64,000 bases of DNA, taken from Octopus vulgaris (lineage: Eukaryota). Under the pieces are notes generated by a model. That model had not been told where the DNA came from and ran no database searches. It worked only from the letters and a program-made list of their open reading frames with translations. This document shows, piece by piece, positions 54,831 through 64,000 of the stretch (position 1 is the first letter of the stretch; each line of letters opens with the position of its first letter). Made by a program: the position numbers and the translations under genes. The stretch is from NCBI GenBank assembly GCA_951406725.2, contig OX597822.1, positions 17,484,001 through 17,548,000 of the forward strand. The letters run 5' to 3'.

Positions 54831-55799
54831 TGGAATATTTCCCCGCCCCAAAAAATAATTTTGTAAAGCAGTGCTCTGTTACACACTGTATCACACTGAT
54901 ACTGCCTGGGGATTATGTTACAGATGTGTCTGTAGAATACTCAGCCACTTACAATTTAATTCAGGAGTATGTAATTCAGTTAGATCAAACAACTGAATCC
55001 TCATCATCAAACAGCAGAGATCCACCACTAATAAATAGACCTCTATAGTTATAAAAGAAAAGGTTATTTTTATCTGAGCACACATAAACTTGCTACTGAA
55101 ATCTTACTAACATGTTTGAACCTGATGACACCAAATGAAAGACAAAAAGCTCAAGGAAACATAACATAAATAGGTATGTATAAATAGCTAGACACATTGC
55201 TTCTGCTATAAATTTGATAGACTTCCTTTCATGTCTGCAAACAAAGTCATATTTTTCTTTTATTATTATTATTTTTAACCATACCTATTATCCTACTTCA
55301 CTTTCTTCTTTTTTCCTCATTCCTAACCTTTTCTTTATCTATCCTCTAGCAAGCGATGTGTTATTTACATAACAAAGTGAATTTATAAAGTTTATCAGCC
55401 ATTTAAATGAAGAGTTTCATAAACATTTTGAATTTAGAACTTATGAAAACAACATTTTTTGAATTAGCTAACACCATTTCAAGGTCATTTTCTTTTTTTT
55501 TTTTAACCGACTTTACTTCAGATTTTAATGCACTTAAGCTGTGCTTAGAAACTACCTTCTCACCATTCTACCATAGTGTTTGTAGTCTCATTTTACAGTT
55601 CACTTTTGTATCTCAAGTTACAAATTTAGTCCAGGACTTTACAAAAATTTTTCTTTACAATTCTTCACATAATGTCTAATGTACATTCGTAAAATTTTCT
55701 CAGAAGCATAGCATCAAACTAGTTCTTCCTACTACAAAATCACCAGTTATTCACATGATTCTTAGATACTTCCTTGAAATGTCAAAAATATCCACATAC

Positions 55800-56772
55800 G
55801 CCAAGTTCAAAAATAGAAATTTTGACCACAAAGATGCACCTCATTCTGACCGTCCAGTTGCGTTCGATGAAGAGCAATTAAATTAACTTCTGCACGAAAA
55901 TTTTCGTCAAATGACAAAGGAGCTGGCAGAGAAAATGAAATGCTCCCACACTGCTATAGAGAAGCATCTTCACTCGATGGGAAAGGTTCAGAAGTATGGA
56001 GCATGGGTTCCACATGCTTTAAGTGACAACAGCAAAAATCAACAAGCCATAATCTCCGCTGGTTTGCTTGCACATCACTGCTCAACTCATGGACACAAGC
56101 AACGATTTCTTTACCAAATCGTTACTGGCGACGAAAAATGGTGCCTGTACATCAATATAAAGTAGTGTAAGGAATTGCTCAGCACAGGTAAACAAGCAAC
56201 ACCGCACGTGAAACAAGGATCTTCATCCACGTAAAATGATGTTGTGCGTATGGTGAGACTGGGAAGGGATTATCTATTACAAATTGCTTGAATGGAACCA
56301 AACAGTCAAAGCGGAACTCTATATTCACCAGATGGAGCAACTCAACACAGCTATTCAAGAGAAAAAGACCTAATCGGCAGCATGGAGTCCTGCTGCACAA
56401 CAATGCCCACCCTCATATCGCCAATTTGACCAAAGAAGCCATTCAAACACATGACTGGGAAGTGCTGCCACACCTGCCGTACTCCCCTGATTTGGCACCA
56501 ATGGATTTCCACCTCTTTCGATCTCTTTCAAATGCTGTGCGTGGAGTTTTGTTCAATACTGATGCAGAATTGAGAGCTTGATTGGATCAATTTTTCAAGT
56601 GGAAATCGGGTGATTTCTACCAATGAGGTATTGAAAATTTTGTTGAACAATGGGAAGAAGTTGTAAACAACAAGGGTGAATACATTATTGATTAATTAGT
56701 TGTCATTTCGTATTAGACCTTTTAAAAAATTTAAATCTAAAAAAAACAGCGGGAACTTAGTTGCCAACTCAA
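55800..56772 (+). mobile_element. 5'-truncated, decayed mariner (DD34D) element
   Basis: GAWVPHAL, IVTGDEKWCLY, LHNNAHPH (second catalytic D changed to N) and YSPDLAPMDFHLF. The right TIR reads TTGAGTTGGCAACTAAGTTCCCGC on the reverse strand, followed by TA at 56773-56774. No left TIR was seen. Confidence 0.92.
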
Positions 56773-58284
56773 TAGTAAGAAAAAACTTGTAATTGGTAGT
56801 GTATGATGATTCTTTGCTATAATGTACAAAGATTAATTAATTAAAATTTTTACATGAATACTTTCTTTGTAAATATTCCTAAAATATAACTACACCTGAA
56901 ATATTTGACTATATCTTTTACTGAGACTAATGTCTGAACACTAATCTGATATTTGATTATTACTAGCAAGTTGTACAGTGCCCTTGAGCAAAGAACTTAA
57001 TTTACTGTTGTTCTACTCCATTCAATTGTGATGAGTACCAGATGGATGCTGGTGCAGCCATCTTCCTTACCAGATGCTACATCCTGGACATTCTTTTCAG
57101 ATGAGGGTTAAGGAGTCACATGGGTATTTGTCTGTTGGCACATAAAACAATGAGTGGAATCCTGGTACTTTACCAAGCCATATTAACTCAGAATTGGTGG
57201 CTAGCTGCACTTGTTGATATGCATTAAAGTTAATTTCAATTGAAAGAAAACAAAAAAGGAATAAGCTGTTGGCAAAATATTAAACTAAATAAAACAAAAT
57301 AAAACAGAAATAAGTAGATAAACTTGTGTAATACATGTATACATGTATCTGTATTTATGTCTGTATTAAAAGTTTCAAAGTTTGCCATGACTAAAAGGAA
57401 ATTACTCTTAACGCAAACAATAATGTATTTATTGGCATATGTGTAGATTTATCAGTCATTATGCTAGTGAAGAGTGTGTGTGTGTGTGTGTGCATGCATG
57501 TGTGCACATGCTGGTACAAGTGCATGCAGGCACACAGCTAAAAGCTAAACATTTAGCAGAAATCCATAATATTGTGATGATTAAAAAAGGGAAATATAGT
57601 TCAAATGTTAACCTAATATTTAAGTTCAAATTATGCAACAGAAGCAGCTCAGTAACATAAACATTATTAATACCACATACTAAACATATATGTGTTGTTC
57701 AAGTACCAAGAGCTGCAGTTTTTCCTCCTAGAAAAATCCTGAAAATCCTTTCGAAGACATGTAGTGTTGAAAAACATAATATACTTCAAAGCTAGGCAAA
57801 ATGAAATCACCCCAAAGTGAGGTGCACAATAGAAGGAAAACAAATGACATACAAGTAGTATAAGAATTAACACTGGTAAGTGATGAGCAAGGCATTGAAA
57901 GGAACAAGAATGCATGTGGATTTTATGAAATAAATCATTTTCCCATTATTAATAAATTCAACCATTCAAATAATTATTATTTCATTTTTAAAAAGTGGTG
58001 GCTGTAATTTCCATGATGAGTTTATTTTCAAACATATTGCCTAAAAATATCCTTGATATACACTACCGTCGGAAATTAATTAGCACCCTTGATTTGCTCT
58101 TCACTCAAGGTATGTGCTGTCACCTAGTGGCCATATCTCGAACTATTGCTTTGTTGCGAGTTCACTGTTGCGCAGAACGATGACGTAACTTTGTTTGCAG
58201 AGCGGTTTGAGAGTCTACAGCCTAATGATGTTGACATAGCAGTGCAACAACAACTTGGAGTGCGGATGCAGACAAATCTTCCTT

Positions 58285-58860
58285 TCATCATCATCATTAT
58301 CATCATCATCATCATCATCGTTTAACGTCCGTTTTCCGCGCTAGCACGGGTTGGACGGTTTCGACCGGGGTCTGGGGAGCCAGGGGCTGCCCCAGGCTCC
58401 AGTCTGGTCTGGCAGTGTTTCTACAGCTGGACGCCCTTCCTAACGCCAACCACTCCGCGAGTGTAGTGGGTGCTTTTTACGTGCCACCTGCACAGGTGCC
58501 AGAGGGGTCTGGCATCGGCCACGGTCAGTTGGTGCTTTTTATGTGCCACCTGCACAGAAGCCAGTCGGGGCGGTGCTGGCATCGGCCACGTTCGGATGGT
58601 GCTTTTTATGTGGGGGGAGGGTGCAGAAATATAGGGGAGCACCAGTGAGGAGGGGTGTTCGGAGAAACGATGACAGGTTCTAGACAAGTAGAACGTAGGA
58701 TATCACGAGAGGGGTAATGCATGGTGAAATAGCGTATTGAAGAGGGGGGTTCGAAGAGTAGACACCTATAATGGTGGTGGGAGAAGCGACATCCGGTATA
58801 GATGGAGCAAAAATATAGAGATATCCGGTATTGGTGGTGGGGGTGGGCAAGGGCGGGTGC
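58285..58860 (-). mobile_element. Young RTE-type 3' tail (plus probable pyrimidine-rich 3'UTR) nested in the Tc1 left arm
   Basis: (CAT)n followed by CGTTTAACGTCCGTTTTCC...CAGCTGGACGCCCTTCCTAACGCCAACCAC and three GGTGCTTTTTAYGTG subrepeats. It is the same family as the 34130-35008 and 40330-40646 copies but with CpGs intact. The boundary beyond ~58612 is uncertain. Confidence 0.8.
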
Positions 58861-58865
58861 ACCGG

Positions 58866-59571
58866 GAATATGCGACGGTTGAACTTGACGGGCTGGCTTA
58901 AAAATGCTCTTAGCAATGGAAGGGGGGAAAGGAAGAGGGGGGGAGGGCAGACAACGTAAAAGAGGGAGAGAGAGAGAGAAGGGAATAGTGGAACCCCGCG
59001 AAAATCGGCTGCCATTGAAAAACCCCTGTATGGAGAAACTTAAATATAAATATCTATTCTGTATTTAGCAAGACACAAAGCCGGAAACCGATGGTCAACA
59101 ATAACTAATAAATTATACAGAATATGCAATACGAGGCGAAACTGAAAATAATAATAATAATAATACTAATAAACAAATTGTCGACTGGGGGTCAAAGGGA
59201 TAATACTAATACTAATAATAATAATAATAAACAGCTTAACCACTAGAGATCAGACAAATTTGCATGAGAATATTACTGGTACAGATTACGGGATGAATTA
59301 GATTAGAAAGATTTTCTTATCTTGGGAACATTTCGTTTTTCGGCCTGACACGGCGAATATGCGAAGGTTGAACTTGACGGGCTGGCTTAAAAATGCTCTT
59401 AGCAATGGAAGGGGGAAAGGAAGAGGGGGGGCAGACAACGTAAAAGAGGGAGAGAGAGAGAGAAGGGAATAGTGGAACCCCGCGAAAATCGGCCGCCATT
59501 GAAAAACCCCTGTGTGGAGAAACTTAAATATAAATATCTATTCTGTATTTAGCGAGACACGAAGCCGGAAA
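58866..59571. repeat. Two ~220-bp direct repeats (58866-59087 and 59355-59571) with a 267-bp spacer
   Basis: Both run GAATATGCGA.GGTTGAACTTGACGGGCTGG...GACAC.AAGCCGGAAA, with only a few substitutions and G-run indels. Confidence 0.95.
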
Positions 59572-59722
59572 TTATACAGATATAGGTAGCGCCTCGCAAG
59601 GACCAAAATCACACCATACTAAGTTTTCTCATCGCGTAAGACGTTTTGAACAGCTCGTAGGTTAATTGATTTGTGTATTTGCAAGATTTTTTTTCCTCAC
59701 AAATTCTCCTACACTCTGCTTC

Positions 59723-59739
59723 GTGACGTCACTTCCGGT
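59723..59739 (+). promoter_or_regulatory. Overlapping CRE-ETS promoter motif upstream of the transposase
   Basis: GTGACGTCACTTCCGGT contains a palindromic CRE (TGACGTCA) overlapping an ETS core (rc CCGGAAGT), ~30 bp upstream of a splice donor. Confidence 0.7.
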
Positions 59740-59770
59740 TCACAAAACTTTCTGTTATACATCAAATAAG

Positions 59771-59897
59771 GTGAGAAATTCTGCTTTCTTTCTTTTTTGT
59801 TTAATGAATAATAACTCATAGCAGTTTTGTTATAGCATAACATTATTCAAATGAATAGTTTTAATGAAAATAACTGGTTTTTATCGTTCATTCCTAG
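59771..59897 (+). other. Putative 127-bp 5'UTR intron of the transposase transcript
   Basis: Donor AAG|GTGAGA, AT-rich body, and acceptor TTTTTTATCGTTCATTCCTAG directly abutting the ATG at 59898. Confidence 0.65.
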
Positions 59898-60917
59898 ATG
59901 GGCCCAAGACCTCGCATGACCTTGGAGAGATGGTACGAGGCTCTCTCGTGGTGTGGGAAGCTGTCGGAGGCAGCAATAGCCAGAAAATTTGGTGTAGCCA
60001 GGCGCACAATTCGGTGCTTATTTAAGAAATACGAGGAAACCGGATCAGCAGCTGACAAAAAGGGTAGGGGACGGAAGAGGCTGACGACCCAGCAGGAGGA
60101 CCGGATGCTGATCCGAAAGTCACTGAACAACCGAAGGGCAACGAGCCGGCAACTGGCGGAGGAGATGCAAAAGGTGACAGGGAAGCAGTTGTCTACAACC
60201 ACCGTCAAGACCAGATTACTGGAAGCTGGTCTAAAATCCTGTAGGGCCGCCCGTAAGCCGCTCCTTACAGCCCAAAACCGGAAGAGGCAGCTGCTCTGGG
60301 CCCGTGCCCACAAGACATGGACCATGCAGCAGTGGCGGACAGTGATGTTCACTGACGAGTCACGATTCAGTCTCGTCAGTGACAAGCCTGTCCATGTGCG
60401 ACGCCGCAGGGGTGAGAGCTTCAACAAAGACTGCATTGCTCCCACCATGAAGCATGGTGGGGGTGGTCTGATGGTGTGGGGGGCATTCAGCTACAGTGGT
60501 GTTGGGCGGCTCTATGCCATCGAAGGCAACATCAACGCAGCAAAGTACGTTGAGATAGTACGGAATGCTGCCCTACCCTCTGCGGGATACCTCTTTGGTG
60601 GCGAGGAGTACGTGCTCCAGCAGGACAACGCGTCTCCCCACACAGCCAAGCTCACAACCGGTTTCTTCAAGGACCATGGGGTGACGGTCATGGACTGGCC
60701 TGGCCAGTCACCTGACCTGAACCCTATTGAGAACCTCTGGAGTCGATTGGGTAGGGATTTGAATGTGCAGCAATACAGGAACCGACACGAGCTGTTTGGG
60801 GCACTTCTTGCTGCATGGAGGGCCATCCCTGCACAGTACCTGCAGGCACTCATAGACAGCATGCCGGCCCGCATAGCAGCTGTCATTGCTGCCAAAGGAG
60901 GAGCAACAAGATATTGA
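59898..60917 (+). CDS. Intact Tc1-like transposase, 339 aa (paired-like HTH + DD34E catalytic domain)
   Basis: HTH region (AAIARKFGVARRTI), GRKRLTT (GRPR-like), RKPLL, VMFTDESRF (D), GGGGLMVWGAF, LQQDNASPH (D), WPGQSPDLNPIENLW (E, with 34 residues between it and the second D) and C-terminal AKGGATRY. No stops; AATAAA at 60967-60972. Confidence 0.96.
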   Translation: MGPRPRMTLERWYEALSWCGKLSEAAIARKFGVARRTIRCLFKKYEETGSAADKKGRGRKRLTTQQEDRMLIRKSLNNRRATSRQLAEEMQKVTGKQLSTTTVKTRLLEAGLKSCRAARKPLLTAQNRKRQLLWARAHKTWTMQQWRTVMFTDESRFSLVSDKPVHVRRRRGESFNKDCIAPTMKHGGGGLMVWGAFSYSGVGRLYAIEGNINAAKYVEIVRNAALPSAGYLFGGEEYVLQQDNASPHTAKLTTGFFKDHGVTVMDWPGQSPDLNPIENLWSRLGRDLNVQQYRNRHELFGALLAAWRAIPAQYLQALIDSMPARIAAVIAAKGGATRY

Positions 60918-61139
60918 CTAAATTTCACGATTAATAACAATTATGTGGTATGCTGGGATATGTTTTAATAAATTTTTGATTAAAAACGAGTTCGTTTCTG
61001 ATAATAAGTTAATTAAATTAAGAAAATGTAAGAAAATGTAGAAATTTGAGAAGTGCTAATTAATTTCTGACGCAAGTGTACATGTATGTGTATCTGTGTG
61101 AGTGTTTAAGTATGAGCATGTGAATATGTATATATTTGC

Positions 61140-61357
61140 ATGTCTTTGTCTTGGTATAACATATTTGATGTAAATGACTGTCATTTATATCCAATATTCC
61201 GTGGAAACATGTCTGGCCATGGGGAAAAATTAACTTACTTAGAAACATGTAAGGGTTGGCAATGGGAAAAACATTCAGCCATAGAAAATCTGCCTCATTA
61301 AACTCTGTCTGACCCAAGCAAGCATGGAAAAGTAGATGTTAAATGACAAAGATGATA
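61140..61357 (+). mobile_element. Old SINE 3' half with RTE-type tail
   Basis: CATGTCTGGCCATGGGG...AGGGTTGGCAA...CAGCCATAGAAAATCTGCC...AGCATGGAAAAGTAGATGTTAAA. Confidence 0.65.
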
Positions 61358-62021
61358 ATTGATCTTTTAATTCATTACATCAAAAAGAATGTTCTTCAGG
61401 TCTCCATCTACTCTGCTTGTTTTTAAATTCCATTCCCTTATGCACACATGCTCACTGTTCTCTCATTAAAGACATTTTTTTTTCTTTGATCATGAACAAA
61501 CACAAAGGAAATTATATGGGCCCATTAAATACCTTTTATCATTGAAGTGGGCAATAACCTATATTAGTGTTGAGAATAAGCAATTCATAAGAAGGTCACT
61601 GGATTCAGTTTGGTCAAGAAATCTTATGTTGTTCAAATGGCAGGAAAGTAAAATGTAGTCCAAAGAGAATGAAGAAACATAAGATTCATGGTATTTTGTT
61701 GTTAATGAAATGTTCAATAAAAATGTATTTAATAGCCACATATTAACATACAGGTAGGTATAGGATCTTACATCTGAAGATAATGTTGAATGTTTAAGTC
61801 ATAGTTAAATGAAGACTAATGAATGTGTTTAATAAAAGCATGAAGGTGAATGAGTAGTATTTTAAACAATACTTGAATGATAAAAACGCTGCATAGCTGT
61901 TGATACAACTAAAGGAAGAATAAATTAAGTCTTTAGCTATCAAAATTATTATTGATTTCATACATAAATATAAATTCCAGATCATTAATCAAAATTAGTT
62001 TAAATTAATTAAAAACATAAC

Positions 62022-62410
62022 AGGAGTGGCTGTGTGGTAAGTAGCTTGTTTACCAACCACATGGTTCCGGGTTCAGTCCCACTGCGTGGCACCTTGGGCA
62101 AGTGTCTTCTACTATAGCCTCGGGCTGACCAAAACCTTGTGAGTGGATTTGGTAGACGGAAACTGAAAGAAGCCTGTCGTATATATGTATATATATATGC
62201 GTGTGTGTGTTTGTCCCCCTAGCATTGCTTGACAACCAATGCTGGTGTGTTCATGTCCCCGTTACTTAGCAGTTCGGCAAAAGAGACCGATAGAATAAGT
62301 ACTGGGCTTACAAAAGAATAAGTCCCGGGGTCGAGTTGCTCGATTAAAGGTGGTGCTCCAGCATGGCCGCAGTCAAATGACTGAAACAAGTAAAAGAGAA
62401 AAGAGAGAGT
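62022..62410 (+). mobile_element. Young family-A tRNA-derived SINE
   Basis: Highly similar to 37039-37392 and to the reverse complement of 1125-1589. Possible TSD AAAA(C)ATAACA on both sides. Confidence 0.92.
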
Positions 62411-63204
62411 AAAATAACAAAGGGCTAAAAATATGGTAACTATGTCATTTTTTAGAATATCATTTATTTGAGTTCTTAAATCTTCAAAAGTTACTAAATT
62501 TCAGTGGTAGATTAAATGCAACTTACTGTCTGTATACATGAAAGCAACCCTAATAATGATTAAATATTTATTACTGAAATCAAAGAAAGATAAGATGATG
62601 GCTATGATGCAGAATCTTTTCAGTATCTTTCTAGCAAAAAGTTATTCCAACATGAAATATATTTAGAAATAGCATGAACAAAATTATGGATTTTGAAAGA
62701 AATTTCCATTTCTACAATATTGTAAATTTCACTTCAAACTGCTATATACAGTTAGCTTTAATCTAAGAATTAGCCTAACAGTTTAGCTAAAGAAAAATCA
62801 AAAGATAACCATACAATATAGAAATAATAAACAATCCATGGAAGACTCGTATTTGAATATTACTGTGTAAATGTATTTCATAATAAAAGGCAAAATTAGA
62901 ACAAAAATGAATTATGAATCAGTAACAGGGAGTTTTATATGGGGAAAAGATTGTGATTATAAGTTTCTTTATAGTGACCCCACCACCTGACCCCACCCAC
63001 ACACACACTGTTAAAAGCATTCAAGACCAGTCTTCAGTGGGAAGGTGACCCATGAGTTGTGGTTTATTCTTTTCTTTTCCCCTTACCAGCCTTGAAAGCT
63101 CTGCAATAAAGTCAAGGTGCTGGCTTCCCTTTTTTAAAAAGCCATTAAAACATATACACACACAGACATCAATGGGAGAAACATTTTACACATCTTTTAT
63201 CTTT

Positions 63205-63360
63205 AACTCATTTCAATCACTTCTTACAACAATCATTCTGGGGCACTGCCTCGAAGAGTTTTAGTTGAATAAATCAACTCCAGGATTTATTTCTTAAAGC
63301 TTAGAACTTATTTTATCAGTCTCTTTTGCTGAACCTCGAAATTATGGGGACATAATCACA
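63205..63360 (-). mobile_element. Diverged family-A SINE 3' fragment
   Basis: ACTTATTTTATCAGTCTCTTTTGCTGAAC...TTATGGGGACATAA matches 1228-1280. Confidence 0.6.
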
Positions 63361-63556
63361 CACACACATACATACATAATATAAGTTAAAATTAAAATTT
63401 GAAATTTGTGTTGGGTATGTCCCTAGTAGTATACTGATAAAGTGCATTCACTGCCTATGGCTACCTGGTGTCATCCATGGTAACCGCACAATCATCACTG
63501 GATCTACATTAGGAATTGAGTATAACAGAAACAATAGAGACAGAAGATGGAATATA

Positions 63557-64000
63557 CTATCTATCTATCTATCTATCCACTCAGTCGAAGTCGACTCACG
63601 GTTACTTGTTGGAACAGTGTCCTCCAGTCAATTCTATCCTGGGCCGCTTCTTTCAGATTGGCTATGTCCATTCCGGTATCCCTCTTGATGGTGTCAAGTC
63701 AGCGGATTCTTGGTCGGCCTCTTCTTCTCTTGCCACTTACCATTCTGAGCATGATGTCCTTCCCCAGGGATTTTCTCTGCATAATATGACCAAAATATGC
63801 CAATCCATGCTTGGTGATCCTAGCTTCTAGCGACATTTTCGGCCTGATCTGCTTAAGAACTTCTCCATTGGTGAGCCTCGCTGTTCATGGAATCCGTAAA
63901 AGTCTTCTCCAACACCAAAGCTCGAATGCATTAATTCTCTTCTGGTAAGCTTTCTTTAGTGTCCAGGTCTCGCATCCATATGTTGCAATTGAGAAGACAA
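63557..64000 (-). mobile_element. RTE/BovB-like LINE 3' end with (TAGA)n tail; continues beyond the window
   Basis: Minus-strand translation: VFSIATYGCETWTLKKAYQKRINAFELWCWRRLLRIP*TARLTNGEVLKQI...LAYFGHIMQR..SLGKDIML..VSGKRRRGRPRIR*LDTI...AQDRIDWRTL..VTVSRLRLSG*. This is collinear with the BovB/RTE ORF C-terminus and has two W-to-stop changes. Confidence 0.92.

Larger units (their letters stand above)
58061..61078 (+). mobile_element. Tc1-family (DD34E) DNA transposon, 3018 bp, with intact transposase and nested/cargo sequence
   Basis: TIRs CACTACCGTCGGAAATTAATTAGCAC (58061-58086) and rc CACTTGCGTCAGAAATTAATTAGCAC (61053-61078) are 23/26 identical. TA duplication at 58059-58060 and 61079-61080. 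Confidence 0.93.

Noticed and set aside
58680-59499. Two minus-strand ORFs starting MAADFRGVP
   Set aside because: They arise from the direct repeat, diverge in frame at G-run indels and are low-complexity; better read as a YY1-like DNA motif.
58866-59571. Reading the direct repeats as the LTRs of a TRIM
   Set aside because: No clean TG...CA ends with a matching TSD, and no PBS or PPT found.
59894-60940. Antisense ORFs of 184 aa and 142 aa overlapping the transposase
   Set aside because: Expected shadow ORFs of a GC-rich coding sequence; no recognisable motifs.

Overview
AT-rich eukaryotic (animal) DNA dominated by transposable elements and microsatellites, with one 100-N assembly gap (44160-44259). 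I found no convincing host exon, so it is probably intergenic or deep intronic. The SINE/LINE repertoire and the dense (TA)n/(CA)n/(ATG)n repeats suggest a cephalopod (octopus-like) genome; this is inference, not a database match. The standout is a 3.0-kb Tc1-type DNA transposon (58061-61078: 26-bp TIRs, TA duplication) with an intact, GC-rich DD34E transposase. Its unusually long left arm holds a putative 5'UTR intron, an exact overlapping ETS-CRE promoter motif, a duplicated ~220-bp YY1/E2F-like module, a CTCF-like site and a nested young retroelement tail. Also present: two decayed mariner elements; an internally deleted RepHel Helitron and a complete non-autonomous Helitron; RTE LINE fragments, including a BovB-like 3' end; an R4/Dong-like RLE LINE end with a duplicated C-terminus; a CR1-like end; a lone LTR with a tRNA-Trp-type PBS; several tRNA-derived SINE families; a ~310-bp fold-back palindrome; and a candidate recursive-splice site. 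Most ORFs in the supplied track are microsatellite or antisense artefacts.
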